64,000 nucleotides of DNA from a virus (IMGVR_UViG_3300032323_001487:1-64000), one strand, 5' to 3'. Positions 28,660 to 37,433 are shown, numbered from the stretch's first letter. The notes: generated by a model not told the origin, from the sequence alone. Numbers and translations: made by a program.

Positions 28660-28782
28660 GGAGAACAACGGGCGTAGGTTCACCCCCCTCGAACCTACGG
28701 CTCGTGCCTGATGGGTTTATTGCTTTTCCCATCACGGCTCGCCCCCTAACTGCTTCCCCCAGCGGTTAGGGGGTTTTCCTTT
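28660..28782 (+). ncRNA. Candidate three-hairpin sRNA with pyrimidine-rich loops
   Basis: Promoter TTGACA...TAGCCT, then hairpins with loops ACCCCCCTC, TTTATTGCTTTT and TTCCCCC; the last is followed by a U-tract. Confidence 0.6.
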
Positions 28783-28890
28783 GACGGCTCGCCCTTACAC
28801 GCTATGCGTGTCGCCCGTAGCGCTTGACGGATAGCCCTGAGCGTGTATAATGGTAGGACAGCCAACGGAGACGCAACGGAAGGAGTTGTA

Positions 28891-29118
28891 ATGGCAAGGA
28901 AGAAGAAGCCAGCACTCGACCAAGCGAACGAAGCACGACGCAAGGCTGAGGCGAAAGCCTTGGCAGAGATACTGCGAGAGCGAGCGAGGTCGAACGCAAG
29001 TGGCGTTCACGAGGACAAGCGAACAAAGCGTTTGCGAACTCGTGAGGCGAAGACGAGGGAAGCCCTGAGAGATTTTGACTCAGGGCTTTTTTCGTATCGA
29101 GCGAAGCGAGGGGTCTAG
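28891..29118 (+). CDS. Small highly basic protein with an internal terminator
   Basis: Promoter TTGACG-16-TATAAT, SD GGAAGGAG, 75 aa rich in Arg/Lys. Confidence 0.75.
   Translation: MARKKKPALDQANEARRKAEAKALAEILRERARSNASGVHEDKRTKRLRTREAKTREALRDFDSGLFSYRAKRGV
29060..29092 (+). terminator. Intrinsic terminator inside the 28891 ORF
   Basis: AGCCCTGAG-AGATTTTGA-CTCAGGGCT-TTTTT; the stop codon is at 29116-29118. Confidence 0.75.
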
Positions 29119-29167
29119 GTTTTCGCTTGGAAAAAGAGAGACCCCTTTACGCTCGACCGGGAAAAGA

Positions 29168-29196
29168 AAAATCCCCAACTTTCGTTGGGGACTTTC
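29168..29196 (-). terminator. Terminator for the minus-strand gene, possibly bidirectional
   Basis: TCCCCAAC-TTTC-GTTGGGGA with an A-tract on the left. Confidence 0.7.
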
Positions 29197-29211
29197 CTGA
29201 TTGGGTTTTGA

Positions 29212-29394
29212 CTACTCGACGATTGAAGTCGTGTTCAGCCAAACGCTCGCTGAACCAGAGTTGTCGTTCGAGTTGAAAGTCGAGACGAACTCAACTGCTT
29301 TGTCCCAAGCACCAACACCAAAGTTGATGTAGAACTTTGAGCCATTGTCCAACTGAACTAGGACACGAACCCCCTGCGATACTGCTTTTTCCAT
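29212..29394 (-). CDS. Hypothetical protein
   Basis: MEKAVSQG... with SD CAGGAG and a minus-strand TTGACA near 29469. Confidence 0.65.
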   Translation of the reverse strand: MEKAVSQGVRVLVQLDNGSKFYINFGVGAWDKAVEFVSTFNSNDNSGSASVWLNTTSIVE

Positions 29395-29587
29395 TTTCCA
29401 CTCCTGAGAGATAGAACCAACGCCAAACGATTGTTTGACCTTTTCAGGATAGGGTCTCATAAATCTTTTGTCAAGCGACACGCCAAAAAACTTTTTTGAA
29501 AATGTGCTTGACAAATGTCGCAGGTGTCCCCTATCCTGACAGAGTGAAGTTCGATTGGCTTCACGAAAAAAGCAAAAGGAGTTTCAA

Positions 29588-30034
29588 ATGACCAACCCAG
29601 CAAGCGAGCGACAGGTCGCATACATCAACACGCTAATCGCAGAGCGTGGCTACCCAGAGCCTATTGACCTAGCAACCTTGACATCAAGAACTGCCAGCGA
29701 ACTAATCTCGAAGTTGATGGCTATGCCAAAAATTAGTCGTGGGGCTGACAAGGCTTTGTCTCAGGGTATGTATCACCTAGCAGGCGACATCTATCGCTTG
29801 AAGGAGAGTCGCCAGACAGGTCGCCTTTACGCCACTCGCCTGACCATTGACCACAAGTTCGAGTATGCTCCGGGGATTGCCTATCGCCTAACCAGCGAAG
29901 ACAAGATGACCTTAGAGCAGGCAAAGGCTTATGGGGTCGAGACAGGGTTCTGCTGTGTCTGTGGGGCGTTCCTAACTGACGAGCGTTCTGTTCGTGATGG
30001 CATTGGCCCGGTCTGCGCCAAAAAGTATTTTTAG
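29588..30034 (+). CDS. DUF6011-like Zn-finger protein
   Basis: CCVCGAFLTDERSVRDGIGPVC; N-terminal ASERQVAYI module. Confidence 0.75.
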   Translation: MTNPASERQVAYINTLIAERGYPEPIDLATLTSRTASELISKLMAMPKISRGADKALSQGMYHLAGDIYRLKESRQTGRLYATRLTIDHKFEYAPGIAYRLTSEDKMTLEQAKAYGVETGFCCVCGAFLTDERSVRDGIGPVCAKKYF

Positions 30035-30166
30035 GCGTTATAAATCTGTTATAAAAAAGTTTATAAATGAACTTGACAAGACAGACCATAGCGACAATAC
30101 TTAGACCATAACTGAATAACAACTGAATACAAAAAACTCAATCATCAAAAATCCAAGAAGGACATA

Positions 30167-30466
30167 ATGAAAGAAATCAAGAAAGTTGAACTCGGTTTCA
30201 ACGCAGACGCACGACAGGCACTCGCAGAGTTGCTTGAAGCCAAGGCAGTTATCGCTCAGGCTACCGCCAAGAAGGAAGCCGCCCAGAAGGTTCTGTTTGA
30301 CCTAGTAGGCGACCACAACCAAGCGACCTTCGGTGGCGTTCTATCGTTCAAGATTATTGACGGCAAGAACCGCCACGCTGACCTGACAATTCTCGAAGAG
30401 AAGTATCCCGAGATTTTCGCCGAAGTAATCCGCACAACTGAATACAAGCAAATCCGAACCGCCTAA
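30167..30466 (+). CDS. Hypothetical protein
   Basis: Own promoter, SD AAGGA, followed by a terminator. Confidence 0.75.
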   Translation: MKEIKKVELGFNADARQALAELLEAKAVIAQATAKKEAAQKVLFDLVGDHNQATFGGVLSFKIIDGKNRHADLTILEEKYPEIFAEVIRTTEYKQIRTA

Positions 30467-30489
30467 TCCCCCAACGGCGTTCGGTCGGC

Positions 30490-30516
30490 AAGCCCCCAGA
30501 GCAATCTGGGGGTTTT
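30490..30516 (+). terminator. Intrinsic terminator
   Basis: AAGCCCCCAGA-GCAA-TCTGGGGGTTTT. Confidence 0.85.
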
Positions 30517-30523
30517 GTCTTTA

Positions 30524-30961
30524 ACGGCTAGCCCTTGACGGCTCGCCCTATGACCGCCAACGGATAAGACCAACGGCTAGCCCTTGACGGCTCGCCTGAT
30601 ACGGATTGACGGCTCGCCCTATGCCAACGGCTCGCCCTTGACGGACAGCACGCCAGCGGGTCGCTGACGGCTTGCCCTTGACGGCTCGCCCTTGACGGAC
30701 AGACGGACACAGACGGCTCGCCCTATGACCGCTGACGGCTTGCCCGTAGGAAGTCCAACGGCTTGCCCTAAGAGACCCTGACGGGTCGCTAACGGCTTGC
30801 CTATGACGGCTTGCCCTAAACGCCCAACGGGTGAGCGTGTAGAGCCTGACGGGTCGTGTTTTGACGGGTGGGGGAGTGGGAGTCGGGAGAGCCTGACGGA
30901 TAGGTAAAAGGGGGGTGAAGCGATTGACGGGTGGGAAGGGGGAGACGCCGGGGATTGACGG
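30524..30961 (+). repeat. Degenerate direct-repeat array, unit ACGGCTHGCCCTTG (14 bp)
   Basis: About 25 ACGG cores, all on +, most often 14 bp apart; no credible ORF. Confidence 0.85.
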
Positions 30962-31550
30962 GTGGGTAAAGGGGTAGTGGATTTTCCAGACTTGACAAAG
31001 TGGCTGAGTCATGTAGACGCACTCGAAGAAGGGACTCATGAAGGGGGTCGAAGATGGGGGACTCATGAAGGGGGGTTGGGAGTCATGGGGGCGAAGGGGA
31101 AGAAGGGGGGAAGTTCAGGGGGAAGGGGGAAGCCGGGAAAGGTTTTGGAAAAGGGGTAGGGGATTTTCCAAGCGAGTTTTTAGGTCTAAAAAACACAAGA
31201 TACAAAAAAAGTCAAGTCGTGATGAGTCGAAGTTCAGCAAGAAGCACGCAAGATGAGCAAGAAGCACCCAAGATAAGCAAGATAAGCAATAAAACAGGAG
31301 AAGTTCGAGAAAGTTGCCTCGAAAACGAGGCAGGAAAAAGGGGTATAGGTTTTTCCAAGCGATTTTCTCGACCCAAGAAGCGTCGAGTCCATCAAAAAAC
31401 ATAAGATACGAAAAAAGTCAAGTTTTATCGACTCATCAAACGCAAAAAATAACAAAGAAAACAAAGAACGAACCAAAAAACAGAGAACGAGCAAAGCGAA
31501 GGAGAAGAAGCGAAGGAGAAGTTCAGGAAGTTCAGCAAAGAAATAAAAAT
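30860..31550 (+). other. G-run tract followed by an A-rich, purine-skewed non-coding tract
   Basis: Many G3-G6 runs at 30865-31162, GGGACTCATGAAGGGG x2, and AAAAACAYAAGATACRAAAAAAGTCAAGT duplicated near 31189 and 31395. Confidence 0.7.
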
Positions 31551-31809
31551 CCCCAGGCCCTGGACCTGGAACCACCTGGGTGGTATTTCCGCGTGGAAAA
31601 CCAAAGACCCCTTTTTTTATTTTCTATCCCTGGCAGGAAACTTTCTGGGACTCAGCAAAAGAGATAGCAAATGCTAGTAGGCGAGAACTACTACAACGCA
31701 GACGCTGGTCTCTTTGCTCAGGAAGATGTGTTTGGCGAACACAATTCGTGCGAGCACGACCACACTTGCGTATGTGGAAAGGAATTAGGCTAAAAACCTA
31801 AAACCAAGG

Positions 31810-31841
31810 AACGCTCCACCAGAAATGGTGGGGCGTTTTTT
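31810..31841 (+). terminator. Intrinsic terminator
   Basis: AACGCTCCACCA-GAAA-TGGTGGGGCGTTTTTT. Confidence 0.85.
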
Positions 31842-32085
31842 GTATCTTGAATCAAATCCCGCCGTGCGCCAGAGTCAGAAAAAGGGGTAGTGGTTTTTCC
31901 GAGCGCGTCGTCATGGCTTCGCTTCGCTCGCGATTGGTTCGGCGCTCGCTGGTCTTGGGGGTGGGCTTCGCGCTCGCGGAGTTCGACAAGAAATAGGTGC
32001 GCGACACGCCAAAAATAGTTTGCGCGAAAACTTGACAAATGTCAGTGGTCAGTATCATACTTGACTTGTCTAAGAAAGGACAAAG

Positions 32086-32367
32086 ATGAAACTCGAAAGA
32101 CGAATTACTTATTTTCTAGATGGAAAGCAACTCTGGTCATACAAAGACTTAGCCAAGAAGTATGACATTAGCGACGCCGTTGTGCGCCGTTTCTTGAATC
32201 ACCCAGACGCCGTATTCACGCGACCACGCGAAGTAGCGCGAACAGCAGACCACGCGCAAGCAGTGGTTCTATTCGACGCCGATGAATTAGACGCTTGGTT
32301 CGCGCCACAAGCGCGAATTACTCGCGACCACATCGAGCGCGGTCGCGGAAGACCACGCAAGAAATAA
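32086..32367 (+). CDS. HTH DNA-binding protein with a C-terminal AT-hook
   Basis: SYKDLAKKYDISDAVVRR; GRGRPRKK. Confidence 0.7.
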   Translation: MKLERRITYFLDGKQLWSYKDLAKKYDISDAVVRRFLNHPDAVFTRPREVARTADHAQAVVLFDADELDAWFAPQARITRDHIERGRGRPRKK

Positions 32368-32447
32368 CTTGCGCGATGTCGCAGACATCTGTATAATAAA
32401 AATGTGCTGATAGCACGAAAAGACAAAAAGAAAGCAGGACATAAAAA

Positions 32448-32663
32448 ATGGCAAAGCAAGTTTATTTCGTAGTCGCAGTCGAGTTCGACGAAGACAACGA
32501 CAACAAGCCAGAGTTCTTTATTGACGAAGGTCGCGCCGATGTTGTATTCGGCGACGAGTCAGTCTGGGACACCGAAGACAGCGAGTGGCAGTCAATTAGA
32601 GACGACAACGAAAAAGTCTTCGAGCAAGCAACCAAGTTTCTCAACGAAAAGTTCGGAGCGTAA
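32448..32663 (+). CDS. Small acidic hypothetical protein
   Basis: SD AGGA; TATAAT upstream. Confidence 0.7.
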   Translation: MAKQVYFVVAVEFDEDNDNKPEFFIDEGRADVVFGDESVWDTEDSEWQSIRDDNEKVFEQATKFLNEKFGA

Positions 32664-32802
32664 TGAGCAAGCGTAAGTATCGTTTCGGCAGAGAGTTCGT
32701 TTACCGACAGAAACTTTCAGCGTTGCGGAAGTTTCCATCTAGGTTCAGCACTCAGGAAAGAATTGCTATTCTCAATGGGTATCTTATCTGGGAGCGCAAC
32801 TA

Positions 32803-33021
32803 ATGGCAGTAAAAGTTGGAGACCAATACTTTACCGAAAACCTTGCCGACCATTTTGGACACAAGGTCGAGATTGCTCAATACACCGACTTGTATTCAGG
32901 AGAAGTTAGCGACTACCGCCTTCACTGCGCCGAGCCAGATTGCGAATCGCCTGTTGGCATCGCCGTAGAAGTGGTTAGTCTTTCTGGCGAAATCGCCTAT
33001 GTAGTATCAAAGCAAATCTAA
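32803..33021 (+). CDS. Hypothetical protein
   Basis: H.GH.VEIA.Y...C...C pattern; SD GGAG. Confidence 0.65.
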   Translation: MAVKVGDQYFTENLADHFGHKVEIAQYTDLYSGEVSDYRLHCAEPDCESPVGIAVEVVSLSGEIAYVVSKQI

Positions 33022-33041
33022 GTAGAAAAGGAAAAAGCAAA

Positions 33042-33299
33042 ATGACTGAACAACAAAAAGTAGTGGGCGGAGTTCCGCAAGACCAGATGACCCCTGGGGA
33101 CATCGTGGATTACTGGGGAGCGATTGTTGGAAGTAATTCCGATGGAGACCTAATCGCTTGGCAACAAGGGTCGAACGAGTTGAACATTTTTGGTGCGGAC
33201 TACAAGAGTGGTCTTTACCGATACGAGAGCAGTGTCGAAGAAGATTTCACAGAGCGGGATTTAGATTTCGTGATGGAATACTGCGACTTTAATTTCTAA
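33042..33299 (+). CDS. Hypothetical protein
   Basis: SD AAGGA; terminator at 33313-33354. Confidence 0.7.
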   Translation: MTEQQKVVGGVPQDQMTPGDIVDYWGAIVGSNSDGDLIAWQQGSNELNIFGADYKSGLYRYESSVEEDFTERDLDFVMEYCDFNF

Positions 33300-33646
33300 A
33301 CTCAGAAGTAAAGAAGCGCGGGGCTGAGCGAAAGTTCAGTCCCGCTTTTCTTTTAACACGCAAATAATTAGATAATAAAACTCAAATCCCGATACAAAAA
33401 GTATTTTTTAGCAATTTTTATTCAAGCGCCGTGATTTTCTAGTGTTCCGCGTCATCGCAGGTGGTGCGGGGCTGCCGATTTGAAGGGGTAGTTGGTTTTC
33501 CGAGCGTCGTTGATGCCGAACTTGACTTTTTCCATCGCTTGTGGGCTAAAATAGTCGAACAACTGAATACCGATTTGGGAGAACCAAGACAAAACACGAC
33601 CAAGAAAAGATAAGAGCCGAAAGGTTCTGGAAAGGTAGGTCGCCTT

Positions 33647-34303
33647 ATGAAATGGTTGCTAGCAATAGGACTCGTCATTATCTTGACTACTACGGGAAGT
33701 TTTCCGTACGGAGAAAATGCGAGCGCAAGCGACAGGACATCAATGATTGCCGACAAGCAGGTTGTTGTTGTTGTTCCACAGCAAAAATCAAAAACACACG
33801 TTCTTGACTTTTTGAAACCAGACCCAAACAGGGAAACTGGAATTATGGAAGAAATGTTTCTAGCAGAGCAAGATAGATTACTTGCGAAAGCAGAGATAGA
33901 ACGTGAACTACAACTAAATACCGCAAAAATCCAATCAGTAGTGGGGCAACTGAAAAGCCGAGTTGGAAAGACTTGGTATGTATTTTCAGGACACACACCG
34001 CGTGGTTGGGATTGTTCGGGTCTGGTCTACTGGGCTTATGAACAATTAGGAGTGTCAGTAGAGCACTCCGCTAACAAGCAAGGTAATTCGGGAACAAAGG
34101 TGAGAACCCCGAAGATTGGCGACATAGTGGTATTCGGCTACAAAGGGTCGAAGTCTTACTACCACTCGTCTATCTACATTGGCGATGGAAAGGTTATTCA
34201 CGCGGGATTCAGAAAAGGAACTAGCACATCCATAATCGCGCTTGATGACCCTTCATTCAAAGACAGCACCATCACATTCGTTCGGCTTATTGAATCGAAC
34301 TAA
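33647..34303 (+). CDS. Secreted NlpC/P60 peptidoglycan endopeptidase
   Basis: Signal peptide; YVFSG.TP.GWDCSGLV, GDIVVF, HSSIYIGDGKVIHA. Confidence 0.9.
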   Translation: MKWLLAIGLVIILTTTGSFPYGENASASDRTSMIADKQVVVVVPQQKSKTHVLDFLKPDPNRETGIMEEMFLAEQDRLLAKAEIERELQLNTAKIQSVVGQLKSRVGKTWYVFSGHTPRGWDCSGLVYWAYEQLGVSVEHSANKQGNSGTKVRTPKIGDIVVFGYKGSKSYYHSSIYIGDGKVIHAGFRKGTSTSIIALDDPSFKDSTITFVRLIESN

Positions 34304-34430
34304 AACTAATAAGCAAGAGAGAACCCTTCGCGCTCGCGGGGGGTTTTCTTTTTTCTCAAATGGACTTGACAACGAGTGCCTATGCTATATTATTTACTTA
34401 TCACCCGAAATAAAAAAGGAGAACAGGGAG

Positions 34431-34679
34431 ATGAGCAAACTAAATTACTCGCCAAACAAAGCAGATGCCGTGCTGATTGCTAGCGCATTAGAGCACTACG
34501 CAAAGGTAGCGCGTGAGAAGAGCGCCGAGAGTTATTCAGGAGTAGACAAACTAATCTACGACTCAATGGCAATCAATGCCGAGACCATTCACGCCGAGAT
34601 TCAGAAGGAACTCGACGAGATTGAGCGTCAGGCTTACGAAGACTACAAGGCGCTAGTTGGTTCATCACCAGAAGCCTAA
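34431..34679 (+). CDS. Hypothetical protein
   Basis: Own promoter, SD and terminator (34692-34726). Confidence 0.7.
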   Translation: MSKLNYSPNKADAVLIASALEHYAKVAREKSAESYSGVDKLIYDSMAINAETIHAEIQKELDEIERQAYEDYKALVGSSPEA

Positions 34680-34823
34680 GCAATAGTCAGGAAGACCCCC
34701 GTAGAAATGCGGGGGTTTTCTTTTTTCGACACGATAAAAAAGGACTTGACTTTATGATTCAGTTTCCATAGACTTTTGTCTATCAAGTCAGAAAGACTTG
34801 TGGAAACTAACTAAGGAGCAGTT

Positions 34824-35087
34824 ATGGAAACTACCGAAATCAAACAGCGCATCATTGAGATTAGCGAACGACTAGTCGAAATAAACAGAGAGCAGTCTGC
34901 TTCTGGATTCGAACTTGCTCGCGCACAGGGCACAGATGCCGAACTAGGTATTCACATAGACCCACTCACCAAATGGGCTAGGCGTATGCGCGAACTCAAT
35001 ACCGAGTCTCAGGAACTTGTGGCAGAGCGTCGCCGACTAAGAGACATCAAGCGCGAACAGCGCGTATGCGATTGCGCGTGCCACTAA
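34824..35087 (+). CDS. Coiled-coil hypothetical protein
   Basis: SD TAAGGAG; ends in CDCACH. Confidence 0.7.
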   Translation: METTEIKQRIIEISERLVEINREQSASGFELARAQGTDAELGIHIDPLTKWARRMRELNTESQELVAERRRLRDIKREQRVCDCACH

Positions 35088-35875
35088 TGAAACTCACAAC
35101 CCCGATTGAGATTGACACCGCGCTCGCGGAACTCTACGACAAGAAGTATGAATTGAGATTGTCAGTGGAGCGTGCCGAGCAGGAAGTGCTTTTTGTCGAG
35201 AAGTATTACCCAAGCAACCAAGTTCGCAAGGAGCAAGCCGAGATTCGTGTAATCGTAGCCAAGAATAAACTTGCCGAACTGAGCACCGAGATTGCCGAAG
35301 TCGAGAAACTCTACACAGGTTGGACTCGCGCTTTTCTAGTTAGCAACGCTAATGGACACATTCACTCTTCGATGGAATGTAGCACTTGTTTCGATACCAC
35401 TCGATTCATTTGGCTACCGAACTTGTCTGGCGAAGACAGATTGAAGATTGCCGAGTTAGCAGGTGAAGGTGCTTGTACTATTTGCTACCCAGATGCGCCG
35501 AGCGAATACTTTTTGCGTAAGTGTCAGTTGGAAGACCCAAAGAAGGTTCAAGCACGCGAAGAGCGCGACGCAAAGAAGAAAGAGCGCGACGCGAAGAAGT
35601 TGCTAACTGGAATTACTAACCCAGATGGAACAGACCTAGTGATACGCGAGCGCCGATACAACAACACCATCAAGACAGAGCGCACAGCGCAGATTTGGGC
35701 AGTAGACAACCTTTACTGGATTGGTCAGTATGCCGACAAGGATTGGTTGGTTGAGCAGGTCGAAGAGCGTAAGCAGAACCACGAAATCGTCTTGGTGGCG
35801 CTCGCGCACAAGCGCGGGACATCAGTTGAAGAGCAACGCGAGTTGATTGCTAAGAAATTGAAGGCAAAGTTCTAA
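35087..35875 (+). CDS. Hypothetical phage protein with a Cys/His module
   Basis: GWTRAFLV...GHIHSSMECSTC...CTICYPDAP. Confidence 0.75.
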   Translation: MKLTTPIEIDTALAELYDKKYELRLSVERAEQEVLFVEKYYPSNQVRKEQAEIRVIVAKNKLAELSTEIAEVEKLYTGWTRAFLVSNANGHIHSSMECSTCFDTTRFIWLPNLSGEDRLKIAELAGEGACTICYPDAPSEYFLRKCQLEDPKKVQAREERDAKKKERDAKKLLTGITNPDGTDLVIRERRYNNTIKTERTAQIWAVDNLYWIGQYADKDWLVEQVEERKQNHEIVLVALAHKRGTSVEEQRELIAKKLKAKF

Positions 35876-36099
35876 AAACAACGAAAAAGTTGATGCGGGA
35901 AGCCATGTATTCGCTCGGAAAACCAAAACCCCCTTTCTACGCCAGGCCCCGCCCGACTCAGTGGCCCCGCCTCACAAAAAATGGGACTCAGGAGCCGAAG
36001 ACACGCCGACACAAATAAAAAGACAAATACTTGACAGATTGTAAATAAACCTATAATCTTGATACATAGGAAAGTTCCCTAAGGAAAAAAGGAGTTGAA

Positions 36100-36333
36100 A
36101 TGCCTGAGAACAAATCAAAGTGCTACTACTGCGATGCCGAAGACTTTAACGACAAAGAGTTGTGTGCCGATACTTACAAGGGCGAGTTAAATCACGCCGA
36201 GCAGAAGTGGTGCGAGTATTGCGAAGAGCAACCTGTCGACAATCAAGATGGAGACAACGACCACTGCGCTCAGTGCTACTACGAGTGGAAAGCCGAAGAG
36301 CGTGGTCGCAACTGGGATTACTACCACGCCTAA
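36100..36333 (+). CDS. Cys-rich small protein
   Basis: Consensus promoter, SD AAGGAG, three CxxC. Confidence 0.7.
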   Translation: MPENKSKCYYCDAEDFNDKELCADTYKGELNHAEQKWCEYCEEQPVDNQDGDNDHCAQCYYEWKAEERGRNWDYYHA

Positions 36334-36416
36334 AAAATCTTTTACGACACGCTTGACAAATGTCTAAAAGTTCATAATAATAGTTATGTAGTCAAACAAA
36401 CTACAAAGGAGAAGAA

Positions 36417-36635
36417 ATGAAGTATGTAATCCGCCGAGCAATCGCGTCAGTAGTTCTATCACCTGTGGTGGTAATCGCTTATGTAATTTTCTATGCCGTT
36501 CTAGTTGGGCTTGGCGCTCAGCCGGGAAACAATGTCGAAGGCGTTATTGCCAATGGCTGGCTTCTAGCCTTCGGAGTTGGAGTGGCTTTCACTTTCTGGA
36601 CTCAGATACAGAGACTAGTCAGTGGGGTGAAGTAA
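36417..36635 (+). CDS. Small membrane protein
   Basis: Two hydrophobic helices; SD AAGGAG. Confidence 0.7.
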   Translation: MKYVIRRAIASVVLSPVVVIAYVIFYAVLVGLGAQPGNNVEGVIANGWLLAFGVGVAFTFWTQIQRLVSGVK

Positions 36636-36738
36636 TGCGGGAGATTATTCTCGCGCTCGCGGTCTTTAACATAATCGCTGGTGCCTACCTATTCGCTTGG
36701 TCAATCAAGCAAATCAAGAAATAGGATAGAATAAAACT

Positions 36739-36993
36739 ATGACAAAGCCAATTTTTGAAATGGAATCTGACGAAGAAGTCGTTCAGTATATTACCGAATC
36801 TCAGACCGACTGGGACAATGGTCTTACCGACCTACAAAATCTCAACGAGTATCCAGACGATGAATTGCTAAACATCTATTCAGCAATGGAGTACGCGCGA
36901 GAAGCAAAACTTGGGGTTGAAATTAATGGAGATTTTGAAAAGTCAGTTCTTGGTGAAGCAAGTCGCCGACTTGGGTTTATCCCGTTTAGATAA
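36739..36993 (+). CDS. Acidic hypothetical protein
   Basis: TAGAAT 6 nt before the ATG. Confidence 0.65.
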   Translation: MTKPIFEMESDEEVVQYITESQTDWDNGLTDLQNLNEYPDDELLNIYSAMEYAREAKLGVEINGDFEKSVLGEASRRLGFIPFR

Positions 36994-37021
36994 AAACAAA
37001 AAGAAAAGGACAAAAGACAAA

Positions 37022-37240
37022 ATGAATCTTACAAAATCAGACTGGTCTGCCATTAGTGCCACGCTTTATGGCTTCGTTGGAATGTTCGCAATGCTCGCGC
37101 TGGGCAACATCATTATCGTTCTCAACACGCTCAATGTGCTTCTGTGCTTCGTGGCAATCTATATCTGTCTAGCGCTCGGCAGTATGGCAAAAGAAAAGTC
37201 GCTGGTTGAAGCCGAGTGGGAGTCAGAAGATGAAGGCTAA
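37022..37240 (+). CDS. Small membrane protein
   Basis: Two hydrophobic helices. Confidence 0.65.
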   Translation: MNLTKSDWSAISATLYGFVGMFAMLALGNIIIVLNTLNVLLCFVAIYICLALGSMAKEKSLVEAEWESEDEG

Positions 37241-37433
37241 GTGGTTCAAGTTCTGGTATAGAACTTTCAAAACTTGGAGCAACTATCACTACCGAATGTT
37301 CCACGCTTTCTCTTGGCTGTCATATAATGCTTATGATAAAGTCAAGCAAGATTTGCGGAGACACGAACGAGTTCGCGATGGGTTGCTCACAATCTTCGCG
37401 CGAAGAGTGCGGAAACTAGTCAGGAGAAGGTAA
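37230..37433 (+). CDS. Small basic hypothetical protein
   Basis: Overlapping ORF MKAKWFKFW... Confidence 0.55.
   Translation: MKAKWFKFWYRTFKTWSNYHYRMFHAFSWLSYNAYDKVKQDLRRHERVRDGLLTIFARRVRKLVRRR

Noticed and set aside
30524-30961. Possible CRISPR array
   Set aside because: Units are about 14 bp and degenerate, with no constant-length unique spacers and no cas genes in the window
30528-31667. ORF-track calls across the repeat, G-rich and A-rich tracts
   Set aside because: Low-complexity translations in several frames on both strands with no SD; these are by-products of base skew
33555-33646. c-di-AMP (ydaO) riboswitch upstream of NlpC/P60
   Set aside because: The context fits, but the leader is too short and lacks the conserved GGGGTGAAT and CCCG.CAGCT segments
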